A stretch of 64,000 bases of DNA. Origin: Octopus bimaculoides (taxonomy: Eukaryota). Both the position numbers and the translations under genes were made by a program. The notes under the pieces were generated by a model, which saw only the letters and a program-made list of their open reading frames with translations, did not search any database and had not been told where the DNA came from. Within the stretch, counting starts at the first letter, position 1. Every line of letters begins with the position of its first letter. This document shows, in pieces, positions 38,051-50,010 of this stretch. The stretch is taken from contig NC_068991.1 of the NCBI RefSeq assembly GCF_001194135.2, positions 76,300,321 to 76,364,320 of the forward strand. Direction: 5' to 3'.

Positions 38051-38328
38051 GTATATTATCAACTTAATGTGACAGTCCCAATAAGGGAACACACTACTGC
38101 CGTTTAGCCCTAGGAAGCTGGCAAGCTACTTCAGGCTGATGACGAGCAAAGACTCAGAAACATGTCCCTGAATGCTGGCTAGGCTGGGTGGAGGAGCTTG
38201 TCTCCACCTCGCAAACTTAAGGACACAGTAATTGTGTCAAGGCCCACAGGAAGCGGTCCAGTTTCCTAGGGCTAAACGGCAGTAGTGTGTTCCCTTATTG
38301 GGATTGTCACATTAAGTTGACAATATAC
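38051..38328. mobile_element. Small foldback element (66-bp TIRs) containing a hammerhead ribozyme motif
   Basis: 38051..38116 versus the reverse complement of 38263..38328: 2 mismatches; set in (TA)n; right end abuts an N-gap. Confidence 0.9.
38130..38172 (+). ncRNA. Minimal type I hammerhead ribozyme motif
   Basis: TTCAGG / CTGATGA / cGAG-CAAAGA-CTCa / GAAA / CATG / TC / CCTGAA. Perfect 6-bp helix I, intact core, palindromic ACATGT helix III, GUC triplet (predicted cut 38166/38167); C-A mismatch at the base of helix II. Confidence 0.7.
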
Positions 38329-38462
38329 NNNNNNNNNNNNNNNNNNNNNNNNNNNNNNNNNNNNNNNNNNNNNNNNNNNNNNNNNNNNNNNNNNNNNNNN
38401 NNNNNNNNNNNNNNNNNNNNNNNNNNNNNNNNNNNTATATATATATATATATATATCATTAT

Positions 38463-38580
38463 TCAGTTCACTTCAAGATTTCTTCTCAATAGCGATAGAG
38501 CCGGTTTCTAACCTAGATCCAAGCTTCCTTCAGTGGAATTTCATCAGCAACAACAGGGTATTTTTGTTTGTATGTATGTA
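38463..38580 (+). repeat. Dispersed repeat, unclassified (copy 2)
   Basis: Homologous to 27663..27780. Confidence 0.7.
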
Positions 38581-38727
38581 TGTATGTATGTATGTATGTA
38601 TGTATGTGCATGCGAGTGAGTGTACAAACGAAAGGAAAAGGTGCTCGACAGACTCGATGGAAGTTAAACATGCTTTTATCCAAAACAAATTTATTCCATG
38701 CGACTTCAAGTTTCGCGAGCTTCTTAC

Positions 38728-38776
38728 AGAAACCCAACTCGTTCAGGTTCAAGTTGCCGAATACGATGATCTAAGC
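38728..38776 (-). CDS. Candidate 49-nt exon (LDHRIRQLEPERVGF)
   Basis: cctatctcattcag acceptor, GTAAGA donor; ends in phase 2, compatible with the exon starting at 36734. Confidence 0.4.
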
Positions 38777-39057
38777 CTGAATGAGATAGGTTTGCGTAAG
38801 AATCCCGCGAAACTTTAAGACGTAAGGAACCGAATCAAACTGTTTTAAATAATAGTATTGCGCGCGCGCGCGCGCGTGTGTGTGTGTGTGAAAAGTTTTA
38901 TCGAAAGCACTCACACACTAAGAAAAATATTTCTTCCAAAACAGGTTCGTAACATCCTAATAAAAGATTTTATAACTTTTTATTAAATAATTTTATTTTA
39001 AATCTCCTTTATGCTTGAAAACTGAATTAAATAATTTTTCACAAAGACTTTCATATA

Positions 39058-39442
39058 CAGTAGAACCCCGCAGTACGAATTCCTCATTGTACGAGGGATT
39101 TGCTGTACGAGCTGAGACTCGTGCGAATTCTTGTCTTGAAGTACGAGCGGAAATCCGCAGTACGAGCACACAAATCGTCCCATCTTTAAAGCAATTCAGT
39201 TAATAAAACCAATTTACATATTTATTCTGCGTTCTCTTTTGTATAATTGTCATTTTACTTGTAACCTCAACTTTTCTGTTTTAAACCCATAAAAATTTAT
39301 TTTATGAGTGTTTTGGTGCGCCTGGAACGGATTAATTATATTTTAGTTAATTTCAATGGGGAAAACTAATTTGTAAAACGAGTAAATCGTAAGACGATCT
39401 CGGTCATGGAACGAATGAAACTCGTATTTCGAGATACCACTG
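39058..39442. mobile_element. Tigger/pogo-like non-autonomous DNA transposon
   Basis: TA|CAGTAGAACCCCGCAGTACG ... CGTATTTCGAGATACCACTG|TA imperfect TIRs with TA duplication; internal repeated TACGAG motifs. Confidence 0.75.
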
Positions 39443-39997
39443 TATACACATACACACACACTCACATATATAAATATATGTATGTATGCATATATGTATG
39501 TGTGTGTGTATATCTATATATGTGTGTGTGTGTGCGCGTATCTATGTGCGTATGTATGTATGTGAAGACCTTTATTTCCATTAAATAGCCAAATTGTCTC
39601 AGCCAGAGTGGCTTTTATACATATTCTTTCGTGTCTCCGAGCTGACGAATGAGGTTAAACTTCAAGAACACACTGGATAAAAGCATGAATATCACAGCTA
39701 ACTATATACAGCGAACCAAAATATATATGCATATTTGTGATTGCACAAAATTAACAATACATAATATTAATAATCATCGTTATCATCGTCATCGCCATCA
39801 TCAGTAGTAGCAGCAGCAGCAGTAGCAGCAGCAGTAGCAGCAGCGGCAGTAGCAGCAGCAACAGCAGCAGTAGCAGTAGTAGTAGTAGTAGTATCGCCTT
39901 TTCTGTCCATAGTCTACATATCTAACTTCTATACTATTATCTGAAATCAACCAGTTTTCGTTGCATTTATGCTTAAAGTTCAGTTGTCTAACGATAC

Positions 39998-40069
39998 CTA
40001 CTCTAACGAGTTGACTTTTAAGAACAACCGGTATTGTATTATGAAATACTCGGCATTGAATTGGCATTT
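39998..40069 (-). CDS. Candidate 72-nt exon (MPIQCRVFHNTIPVVLKSQLVRV)
   Basis: ttttcataatacag acceptor, moderate GTATCG donor; phase-compatible with 38728..38776. Confidence 0.25.
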   Translation of the reverse strand, partial: KCQFNAEYFIIQYRLFLKVNSLE

Positions 40070-40500
40070 CTGTATTATGAAAAGTGCATCGAATTGCTAT
40101 AAAAGAGCGGGAAAGATATTGTCATAATCCTTGTGGTATTTCCACGTTCATTTCTAGAAAATAATGCTAATTGATCTCCTTGTGACGTGATATGAATGTA
40201 CGAATTCGTTGACCTTCTTCGCTTTTAAATGTAGTGAAAAAATATTACCCAACCGAGGATGATATATTTCTAATAACCAGAACACAAGAGGATAATGGAA
40301 TGGCAGACACACTGGCAGAATGGACAAAATACAAGACGAAAGCCATATGAGTATTTATCTGTCTTTACGTTGAAAGCTCAAATCATCACGTGGCAATCGC
40401 AGTATTCCCAAAAGAACTCGACCGATTGGATCAATAATTTGCCATCCCTATATATTTGGGATATCTTGCCTAATCTAGAAGTCAATATATATTTAATAAT

Positions 40501-40716
40501 GGCGGTGAGCTGGAAAAATCGTTAGCACGCCCGGCAAAATGCTTAGCGGCATTTCGTCTGTCTTTACGTTCTGGGTTCAAATTCCGCCGAGGCTGATTTT
40601 GCGTTTCATTCTATCGGTGCCAATAAAATAAGTACCAGTGAAACACTGGAATCGATGTAATCGACTTACCCGCTCCCTTTGAAATTGCTAGCCTTATGCC
40701 AAAATTTGAAATCAAT
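40501..40716 (+). mobile_element. SINE family A
   Basis: GGCGGTGAGCTGG...GGGTTCAAATTCCGCCGAGG...TAAGTACCAGT...GCCAAAATTTGAAATC. Confidence 0.9.
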
Positions 40717-41249
40717 GTTGGTTAGCTGGTAGGCTGATTTTCGCCAGTCACGCTTCACATCGTATAGAGAAACCGTAAAAGAGCGATACAGTTTTAACTT
40801 AAGCGATAGAGGTTGAGCGTCTTATTACTTTCTGAAAAATTCACCTTTTTTTAATGAAAATTTCCTGTCATAGATTTTGGATGGAATAGATTGCGAATAT
40901 GTTGAAAAAACTTATAAAACTAATAACATATTTATTGCAAATATTGTAATGAGAAATTTGTTTGTATTAAATTTTATTTCGATGGAAATTTTTTTAAAAC
41001 TTAGTATTCATTTCATCATTTTGTTTAAGCATCAAGGAATTTCATAAAGTTAAAATACAATTATTGTATGGATAATATATTTCCTGATATTTCCTATGGT
41101 AGCCAAAGTAAATTTTCAAAGTTACCAGTCATGTGAGGGTAATCCAACGAGTGTTGTCGATGGATTCAATATGGATTGCTTTGATATTTAATTAATTATT
41201 CTTAATTCAAATGCAACGGACTAGGATAACTATTAAAGCTTAAAATAAA

Positions 41250-41420
41250 GGCTTTGTGGTACATGTTACGACACTTTATGTTCTGAATTCAAATCCTGTC
41301 GACAACTTTGCTTTTAACCTTCCTAGATCGATAAAATACATTATAACTGAAGTACTCTGGTCGATGTCAGTGACAAACCTCCACCCATCAGAATTACAGG
41401 AATCTGCCTAAATTAGAAAC
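41250..41420 (+). mobile_element. Highly degenerate SINE (family A-like)
   Basis: TTCTGAATTCAAATCC...ACTTTGCTTTT...GATCGATAAAATA...GGTCGATGT motif order preserved. Confidence 0.45.
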
Positions 41421-42178
41421 GAATTTCACCGGTTGGCAGAATCGTTGGAAATGAACGAGACCATGTTTCATAAGTGTGTTAATCTTTTTTGGCTGATTGT
41501 CTTTTTTCAATTTGTTAGTGTCAGTACTGTATTATGTTAATACATTTGAAATTTCTTCTCGTTTTCTTAGCCAGGAAGACTCAGTTAAATGCGTTATTAA
41601 TAAAATAACTTTACTTATAAGTTGTGGTTATCATGAAGAGTTTGAAGTAGACAACCAAAAGGGTGATATTATGCAAAAAACATAATCAATTTCAGAAGAG
41701 AATATTATTCATTGCAATGTTGAATATGTTATTGATGCTGACCGATGAGGTATGTATCCACTAGATTCGTTTTTCATTCTGTTAATATCACTGATGTGCC
41801 CCTCTATATCATCGATAATGTTGAAAATATTGACCATTCAAATGTCCATTGTAGCAATACACATTATTAATTCTTATCCGTAACTGAAAGACTAATCTGG
41901 ACATGATTTGCAAATATCCAATATCAAATGACAGCCATCCATTTATATTTCTCATTAAAGACACCAATTCTCTGTCAAAAATTCCTAAAGTCACTAAAGC
42001 AAAATTGAAGGACAAAAGTTTATCAAACTATGATATATATTTCTCGACTTCAGTCTTCAATCATGGCAAACTACACAACTACATATTCAAACAAATAGCT
42101 GGGAATAGAGTTAGGGCTCCTTCCAATCCAATGGTATTAGTAAATCAAAGTCAACATACTAATACCTGTAGATCTTAC

Positions 42179-42215
42179 AGATGTTTCCCAATGATGAAAC
42201 TCAGAAGGAAAATGG
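42179..42215 (-). CDS. Candidate short exon (frame unresolved; alternative donor near 42165)
   Basis: gacattttag acceptor and GTAAGA donor; two phases open. Confidence 0.25.
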
Positions 42216-42446
42216 CTAAAATGTCGCCTATATAATGATTGCTTCATTCGAAAACCTTTTTGTTGATAAAACAACGTATACTATGTACATAGAAGTAATA
42301 AACGATAAATATGTATAGATATTCTGCTTATAAAACGTTTACTTTAATTTCAAGTAGCGTTTACATTTCTTTTACTGATTTATTTCATACATTTATGTTT
42401 CGATGAATGAAGATATTTAATCTCTTTCTAAATTAACTGTTCACAT

Positions 42447-42533
<87 letters not shown>

Positions 42534-42534
42534 C

Positions 42535-42567
<33 letters not shown>

Positions 42568-42675
42568 ATCTAAAACATATTATATTGTGTTGTATTTCAT
42601 AGATATATACACATTAGTATATATTAAAATAAATATTTGCATACATGAATGTATATTATTTTTATTGTTGTATAT

Positions 42676-42734
<59 letters not shown>

Positions 42735-43607
42735 CACTATTATTATTATTATTATTATCATTATCCTATAGCTAAAATCTTAATAAAAATGATATATAAT
42801 CTATTTGTGACAACTTAGAATATATAGGATTTGGCGTGTGTGAAATGAGAGGTTTTTTAATGCTTAAAAGGCAAATACTGATGCGTCCATATATGTGTGT
42901 GTGTGTGTGTGTTTGTGCGTACGTGTAAAGTGTTTGTGCATATCTTTGTTTGTTTAGAAGGGATGGTTTTATGTAAGAAACAGCTCATTCATCACGTTTC
43001 CTTTTTATACTTCGTTTAAAGTTACGTCGCAGAAGTAGATATTTGAGGTGTGATATAACAAAACAAAAGTCAGCGCATCAAGAAGACGAGCGCATCACCT
43101 CGTAGGTAAATATATTTTCCAATATAGAAAGCTAGTTAATACAGAAAATAATTTTCATACCCCTCCTCCAAAAAGATTGTGTCGGATAAGAAAAGTGTAA
43201 TAGATTACAACGGCACAGAGGGTGGTTCGAATTAATATGGAAAGTAAAGAATTGAAAGACTACTAAATGGAAAGTTTTTTTTAAAAGGTGCATTCCCTGA
43301 CACATTGATAATTTTTGGTTAAATGTTTATTTGGAATCCAAAATACGATCAGTTCATATCGATTATATTTGGTTCTAGGTTTGAAAAAATGGCTTTAATT
43401 GTCATAAAGTTGAATAGTTTACCAATTCATTTCAAAACTTGTGGATATTACAAACATAGAATACACAAAAATCAAGAAAGTCCATTTTAAATTGAACGAT
43501 AAAACAGTTTTTACTCTTCTACCGCTCGGATGCACGGAGGCAAATAAACCAACAACGGTTGTCAAAGTGTTTGAGAAGAGAAACACAAAAACACACACGT
43601 GTGTGTG

Positions 43608-43720
<113 letters not shown>

Positions 43721-43774
43721 ATTCATAAATACTAACATACATAGTTCATGCATGAAAAAATGTGTGCGTATGTA

Positions 43775-43890
43775 GACGGTGGGCTTCCATACAATTTTTG
43801 TCTACCATATTCCCTCGCAACTTATTGATCGACCCGCGACTATAGTTAACGAAACTTACCCAAGGTGCCACGCAGTGGGACTGAACCCCC
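43775..43890 (-). mobile_element. SINE family B fragment
   Basis: CCCAAGGTGCCACGCAGTGGGACTGAACCC is the reverse complement of the family B B-box region. Confidence 0.75.
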
Positions 43891-45390
43891 AAAATAAGTT
43901 ATTGTACTACTATTTAAACTGCAGTTTGCAATGGTAATATAGATTTATTCAGAACCAATACTGTAATGAAATGATGTAGGACTAAAAGGTGAGTCTCTGC
44001 GACGCTCATATTTTCTGCATTGCTACAACAAACATATTATCAAAGAGATTATAAATGGCATGAAAAGCAAAAAAGAAAGTCAGATCTTAGAAAGTTGATC
44101 CTACTCAGTGGATACACTTTTGTATAGCTCTATATATATTGGTTATACTTTTGTATATTAAATTGATTAAGTATGCACATGATGTCAGGTTTACAGAAGG
44201 GAGTAGTTCTTAATAATGGTTTTCACTTTGGGAAGATACTGTTGTTTTTAGTGATACAAAGTGGTTATAAAACTGGGGAAACAACTACATACACCTTTAA
44301 TAAAAAACGTTTGACATCATTAACAAAATTGTCAGAAAAACTAATAAATAATTTCTTTGTAGAAAAATAAAATTCCTGCAAAAACAAAATACCGAACAAT
44401 AACAAAAACGTTTAAAATAATTGATTTCAATTTTCCCTCTTAGTATTCACTGAACGGCATCTATTGGATAGACGAACCGTGAAACCTATCTCACTATTAT
44501 GACAAATTATTGATACAAATTCTTGTGTAAAAAAAAAACAAAATCGATTAATTTCAGACAAGAATCCAATACTTCAACATCTGACGTACTTTAAATTAGT
44601 CTTAATTTTTTTTCTTCGTTAGACGTTCTGGTGGCTTCATATAAAATCACTGCAATTAAGCCATCACATATATAAAGCTAACATGAAACGTTTTCAAAAG
44701 TTGCCTAAATCACATGTTGAGAAAGATATAATTCTGTTAAAATCGTTTTAATGATCCTATAAATTAAAAAAAAAAAAAACTTTTAATTTAAAACGTATTA
44801 TCATACTTGAGCCATAATGTTCTGTTTTACACAGGCGATTAATTCTGTCATTGAAGCTCAGATAATAGCATGTGTTGTTGCTGTTGTTGTTTTAGTTGTT
44901 GCTTTTTTGTTGTATTTGTTGTTGCTTCTATTAATGGAGTGCCCCCTTCTCCAAAATGTGTGGCATTATCTCAGCGACTGAAATCGTAATTTCAGCTACT
45001 TTATTTACATTTCAGTAGTGGCATGGCTCTCTACTCCCCTAAGCGGTCATAAAAAATAGGAGATATATTTCTATAGCTTTTGAACTCAAATATGGTGATG
45101 ATATCTCGTTATGTTTCCTTTAGACACCAGATTGACTTCCTTTCGCAAAGTTTTAGACTGTTGTCTTGGAAACTATTTCATTACTATTTCAATATCTACG
45201 CGTGACACATTAGAAAAAAGTATTTTACCATAACATCGGAAACTTAACCTCGTCTTACACACNNNNNNNNNNNNNNNNNNNNNNNNNNNNNNNNNNNNNN
45301 NNNNNNNNNNNNNNNNNNNNNNNNNNNNNNNNNNNNNNNNNNNNNNNNNNNNNNNNNNNNNNNNNNACATACATACATACATACATACAC

Positions 45391-45685
45391 ATCTCATTTG
45401 CAACCCATGATAACTACTCTGCCAATATATCTGGGCACACTTTTCAATGCTGTGTATGCCATAAGGTCTGCAAATCTAATGGAGGCCTCAAAAGAGATTT
45501 GCAGATCCACAAAGAAAAGAACTTAACTGCAGCTCTTCGTGGTCCAAAGCAGATATCAAACCAATGTGGGTGTCTTTTCAGTACATTGCCTGGTTTAAAA
45601 AGTCACATCAGACGCCATGATGGATCTAAGGTGTAAATGCAGGATGTGCTAAGGTTCTGCATTAGGAGTAGACAACCACCATATA
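45391..45685 (+). mobile_element. Probable LINE (RTE-type) 3' end encoding two decayed C2H2 fingers
   Basis: Stop-free frame 45391..45636: SGHTFQCCVCHKVCKSNGGLKRDLQIH...SNQCGCLFSTLPGLKSHIRRH...*; no start or acceptor, sits between microsatellites. A host C2H2 pseudo-exon cannot be excluded. Confidence 0.6.
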
Positions 45686-46768
45686 TAGATATGTGTGTGT
45701 GTGTGTGTGTGTGCATACACGGTTTGTAATGTAATATATGGATTCATAGAAAGCTATGGCTTTCAGAGAGATCTCCTGTCACGGATTAAGCTAAAACACT
45801 ACTTGGTAATCTAATACAGAGGAGTATAATTGCAAAGATCTATGCAGCTGAAATCCTGGAAACCCAATCGACGAAGAGGATTTCATGAAGCGTCTATAGA
45901 CCATAAAAAGTCAGGATTTGTGAGATGCAAATATATATATATATATTGAACCACTTTGCATCCTAAGAATTATGTTCGTTTTGCAGCCATCTTCTCGTAA
46001 TAATTTCAACGAATAAAAAAATTGGTTACATATCTGCATTAATATGCACTATTTTATATTCACAAATTAATTTAAATAGAGATCTAGATCATCGGATTAG
46101 CAGAATATCTTGGTAACATCAACGGTTCAGCCATCGGAGTTGAATTCAGAATTAGTGGGACGCCAAGTCACCAGTTTAACCCTGCAGCCGCCATGTCTAT
46201 GAGATATAAAGCTAAAATATTTTATTCGATTTCTTTTCCAACCATTTCTCTAACTGATAGTGTTTATTCGAAGGAACGCACATCCCTATTAACAAATATA
46301 TTATTATGAGATACAGCATTGAGGAAATATTCCTTTTTACAGCTTCTTAGCTGAACAATAACATTTAATCATAGTTTCTAAGTAAAAAGGAAAAGAATTA
46401 TAAAGTATTATACGGTATACTGAATTTCCGATAAAGAACTTAGAAGGATTCAAGTGACAAGACTATCAGAACAATTAGAGCGCTGGAACAGAATACACCA
46501 CAAATGATTGTTGCTTTTCTTGCTATTTAGCATTTGCCTTCAAATCTATATTAATTTACTACTTAAGATGCCTTGATTAGTCTCATGATTATAAATTAAT
46601 TAAGAATGTTAATGTGTTGGTGCAGAAGCGTCATTGGTGTGTAAATGAAGGTAAAGTAGCTGCAACTGATAATGGATTTAGGGTCACGAAATCCTCACTA
46701 CATTTAACAAATTGATGATTGTCTCTATCTATATAAGGAGAGACAGACAGACAGGCAGGCAGACAGAC

Positions 46769-46828
<60 letters not shown>

Positions 46829-46940
46829 CGGACATACGTTATTTTTCCTTCCAATTACTTGTATATTTAACACAGTGGGGTTGATTCGAAATTATATATC
46901 TACCTATCTATCTCTCAATCAATCAATCAATCTATCTATC

Positions 46941-47068
<128 letters not shown>

Positions 47069-47104
47069 AAGGTTACTCTAGGAGATTTATACAAAACAGT
47101 TACC

Positions 47105-47542
47105 GAGAAAAAGTTATGGTTTATATTTGATGTGATATGAATGATGTCGATCATGAGTTTTTGATAGAAAACGAAACATTTATCGCAGAGAATTATTGTC
47201 GTCAAATGGAATCATTAGAAAAGAATTTACCGGAGAGGTACCCACCAGTTGTCAATGATTAAGACACAAAATATCGAAGTTTTGCCTCAGTCTCCTTACT
47301 TTACTGAGCTTTTTAGATCTTGCAGCATTATTTAAAAGGAAAACAGTTCTTAACTGTGAAGACGTTAAGTGGGATATTAAGAGTTTCTTTGCTTCGGAAT
47401 CTGAGAATTTTCCCGCCCGAGAGATGGGAATTTGTTATGAATAATGAGCGACATCTTATATTGATAAAATATATCAATTGACACAAATCGACATTTGATT
47501 ATTTCCTATCTTAAACGCGACTGAACACTTTTACTGACATAA
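47105..47542 (+). mobile_element. Mariner 3' remnant
   Basis: KKVMVYI*CD...AENYCRQ, EVLPQSPY, LQHYLKGKQF motifs; ends in TIR-like CTGAACACTTTTACTGACATAA|TA. Confidence 0.7.
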
Positions 47543-48099
47543 TATGTGTGTGCATGCAAATATCTGTGCGTGCGTATATACATTACATACAGACATATAC
47601 AGACATGTATGTGTACGTGTGTGCGTGTATGGGGTTGTATGTATATGTATGTATGTATGTATGTATGTATAGATGTCCGTGTGTATGTGTTATGTGTATG
47701 TATGTGTCATGTTGGACAGTATTAGATACCATTTCTCAAAATGATTCCAATAATATAATACCATTTCTTGTCCATTCATGTTGGATATCCAGTAATTTAT
47801 ACTGACAGATTTTAATTTATATAATTTATAAATTTAATGTCTAACAAATTTAGATTACTTAGATTCATGGTCGTAACATATTTACCCAAACTTAATCTTG
47901 GTTCCTGTCTGCGATGTTTCGTTTTACCTTTGCTTGAATATTTTCAGTAGTTATTTCTAATTTATATTTCGATATTTGAGGGTAATTTTATTTTACGACA
48001 AAACTTATAATTAATGTTGTATGCAAAAGCTATAAAATTTTCGATTCTATTGGTACGGCTCGAAACTTTTCGAATAATAAGTCAGTATGATAATTAATC

Positions 48100-48954
48100 A
48101 GAATGTGTTCGGACTAAATTTGACAAAGATCTTGATGTATTGGTGAGCAGTCAATGGCGTTGGAGAGCATAAAGATTAAATGCATAATTGAGGAGAGTTA
48201 GCTATGGAAAACCGAAACCTTGTTACCTGCATCATGAGGATTCACAACTGGTATGAAAATGCCGACATCATGGTTGCTACTCAATGCACTGCTAACTTTG
48301 TTAAGGTTCTAGAATGTGAAATAGGCAATTACAGCGGAGACAATGAAATCATGACTGGCACGAAAGGACAAAGCAAACATTAGGACTGCGTCCGCCTGCC
48401 GAAATGCATTTCCACATCTCTGAACGGGGCTTTAGGCTCAATGCAGATGGCTATATGAAGCTACGAGGGTCTGTGGTCAAATCCTGACTGGAAAGGGTTG
48501 CTGCTGAAAGACCTTATATGTTGCATTAGGATTTGGTTCCTCGCCGTAGCCCGAATAAGTCAAAAGTGGTTGTCGGTGCCAGAGAAATTTTCCGACTACA
48601 TCAGACCCAATTTCTGGTCTCCTACTTTCCTGAATTTAATCCCATGGATTACTATGTGTAGACTGCGGTTTAGAAAGACATCCACCGCTCTGCCTGCAAG
48701 ACCAAGGCCGAGCTGGTGGCCAAGATCAATGAAGTGTTCGAAGATCTTCCCAGATGTAAGAAACGCATGAGCCGGATTCCGGAGTCGTCTTGACGCAAGG
48801 GTGGAGGCCGAGGGTGACTACTTTGCTTTAAGCTCTTATGTCTAAGCCATAATCTAATTGTTGTTTTTTGATTTAAAAGATACTTTATTTTTGGTTAGGA
48901 TATTGTTTTCTTTTCCTTTCATACAAACTATCCAATTTTAGCCCAAACACTCTG
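48100..48954 (+). mobile_element. Internally deleted Tc1/mariner (maT/DD37D-like) element, copy 2
   Basis: FNPMDYYV*TAV*KDIHRSACKTKAELVAKINEVFEDLPR...RSRLDARVEAEGDYF; terminal TTTAGCCCAAACACTCTG|TA with a decayed left TIR GTGTTCGGACTAAA near 48105. Confidence 0.8.
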
Positions 48955-49768
48955 TATTGCTGTACAGGGTGTATTGTGTTACATTTATTTTTCTTTTATT
49001 TCTCATTTACATGCATTTATGTTGTCATAGCAATTAAAAGTAGTGTTTATCAATCTGAAACATGTAACATACTTTTCTCTCAAAAGTTCTTGCTAGTGGC
49101 CACATACATGAAAATGCCGGTGCTGTCTCTAACAACGATACTAAAATCTTAATGACCAGTCCAGTTAGCTGCAAGGATTAACACACATAATTTATTTTTT
49201 TTACATAGACCTGATTGTAATTTACATATTAATACAGCTTAGTTATTTTGCTAATTAGATATAAACACTAGAGTATTTGTGATAAGCTAGGTCCTTCGCT
49301 AAATCCGGATGAGGAATGCGTATCAAAATTACTAAAAGTGTTGAAAGCTAGGACCTACACCCAAACAACACCATCAGATATACAAGCAAACTCACAAACA
49401 TGAATGACATACGAGAAATTTCAATATTAGATAATATATGTAAAATGTTGAAAAAGTTTCTACAATGCAGATCAATTCTTTCGGAGGACAATCGCAGAAC
49501 ATTACCGCTCAAAATTATATCGATATCAATTTTATATTATCAGTGGGCGAGATAAAATATGGTTATTTTATGTAATTCTGTAGCATGAAATAACGGCTTA
49601 ATTTTACATATATACACACGTGAGTACATATGTAAATTTGGATTTGGTGCATGCTACTCTCAGTATACAAATATCTATGCACAAGTCTTTACACTATCAA
49701 ATTTCCATGATTTCAAAGAAAAATGTTCACGAACTGAGAGGATTAAAATGGTAGAGGGAAACGGGGTG

Positions 49769-50010
49769 GACGCCCGTCGTATAAATGTGCCTGTACTTGT
49801 CTTTGTGTTTGTCCCCACCGCTTGAGAACCGGTGTTGGTTTGTTTATTTGTTTATGTTCATGTAACTTAGCGGCTCGGCCAAATGTACCGGATAGAATAA
49901 ATAACAGACTTTAGATTATAATTACTGAGATTGATTGCATCAGCTAAACTCTTCAAGGTGCTGCTCCAATACGGCCGCAGTTCAATGGCTGACACATGGG
50001 AAAGAATAAA
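49769..50010 (+). mobile_element. SINE family B, 3' half
   Basis: GTGTTTGTCCCC..CGCTTGAGAACCGGTGTTGG...GTAACTTAGCGG.TCGGC...GGCCGCAGT...AAAGAATAAAA. Confidence 0.7.

Noticed and set aside
41903-42235. 110-codon + strand ORF
   Set aside because: No recognisable motif, weak splice context, length not far beyond chance for a 64-kb window, and it overlaps minus-strand exon candidates. Unresolved rather than disproved.
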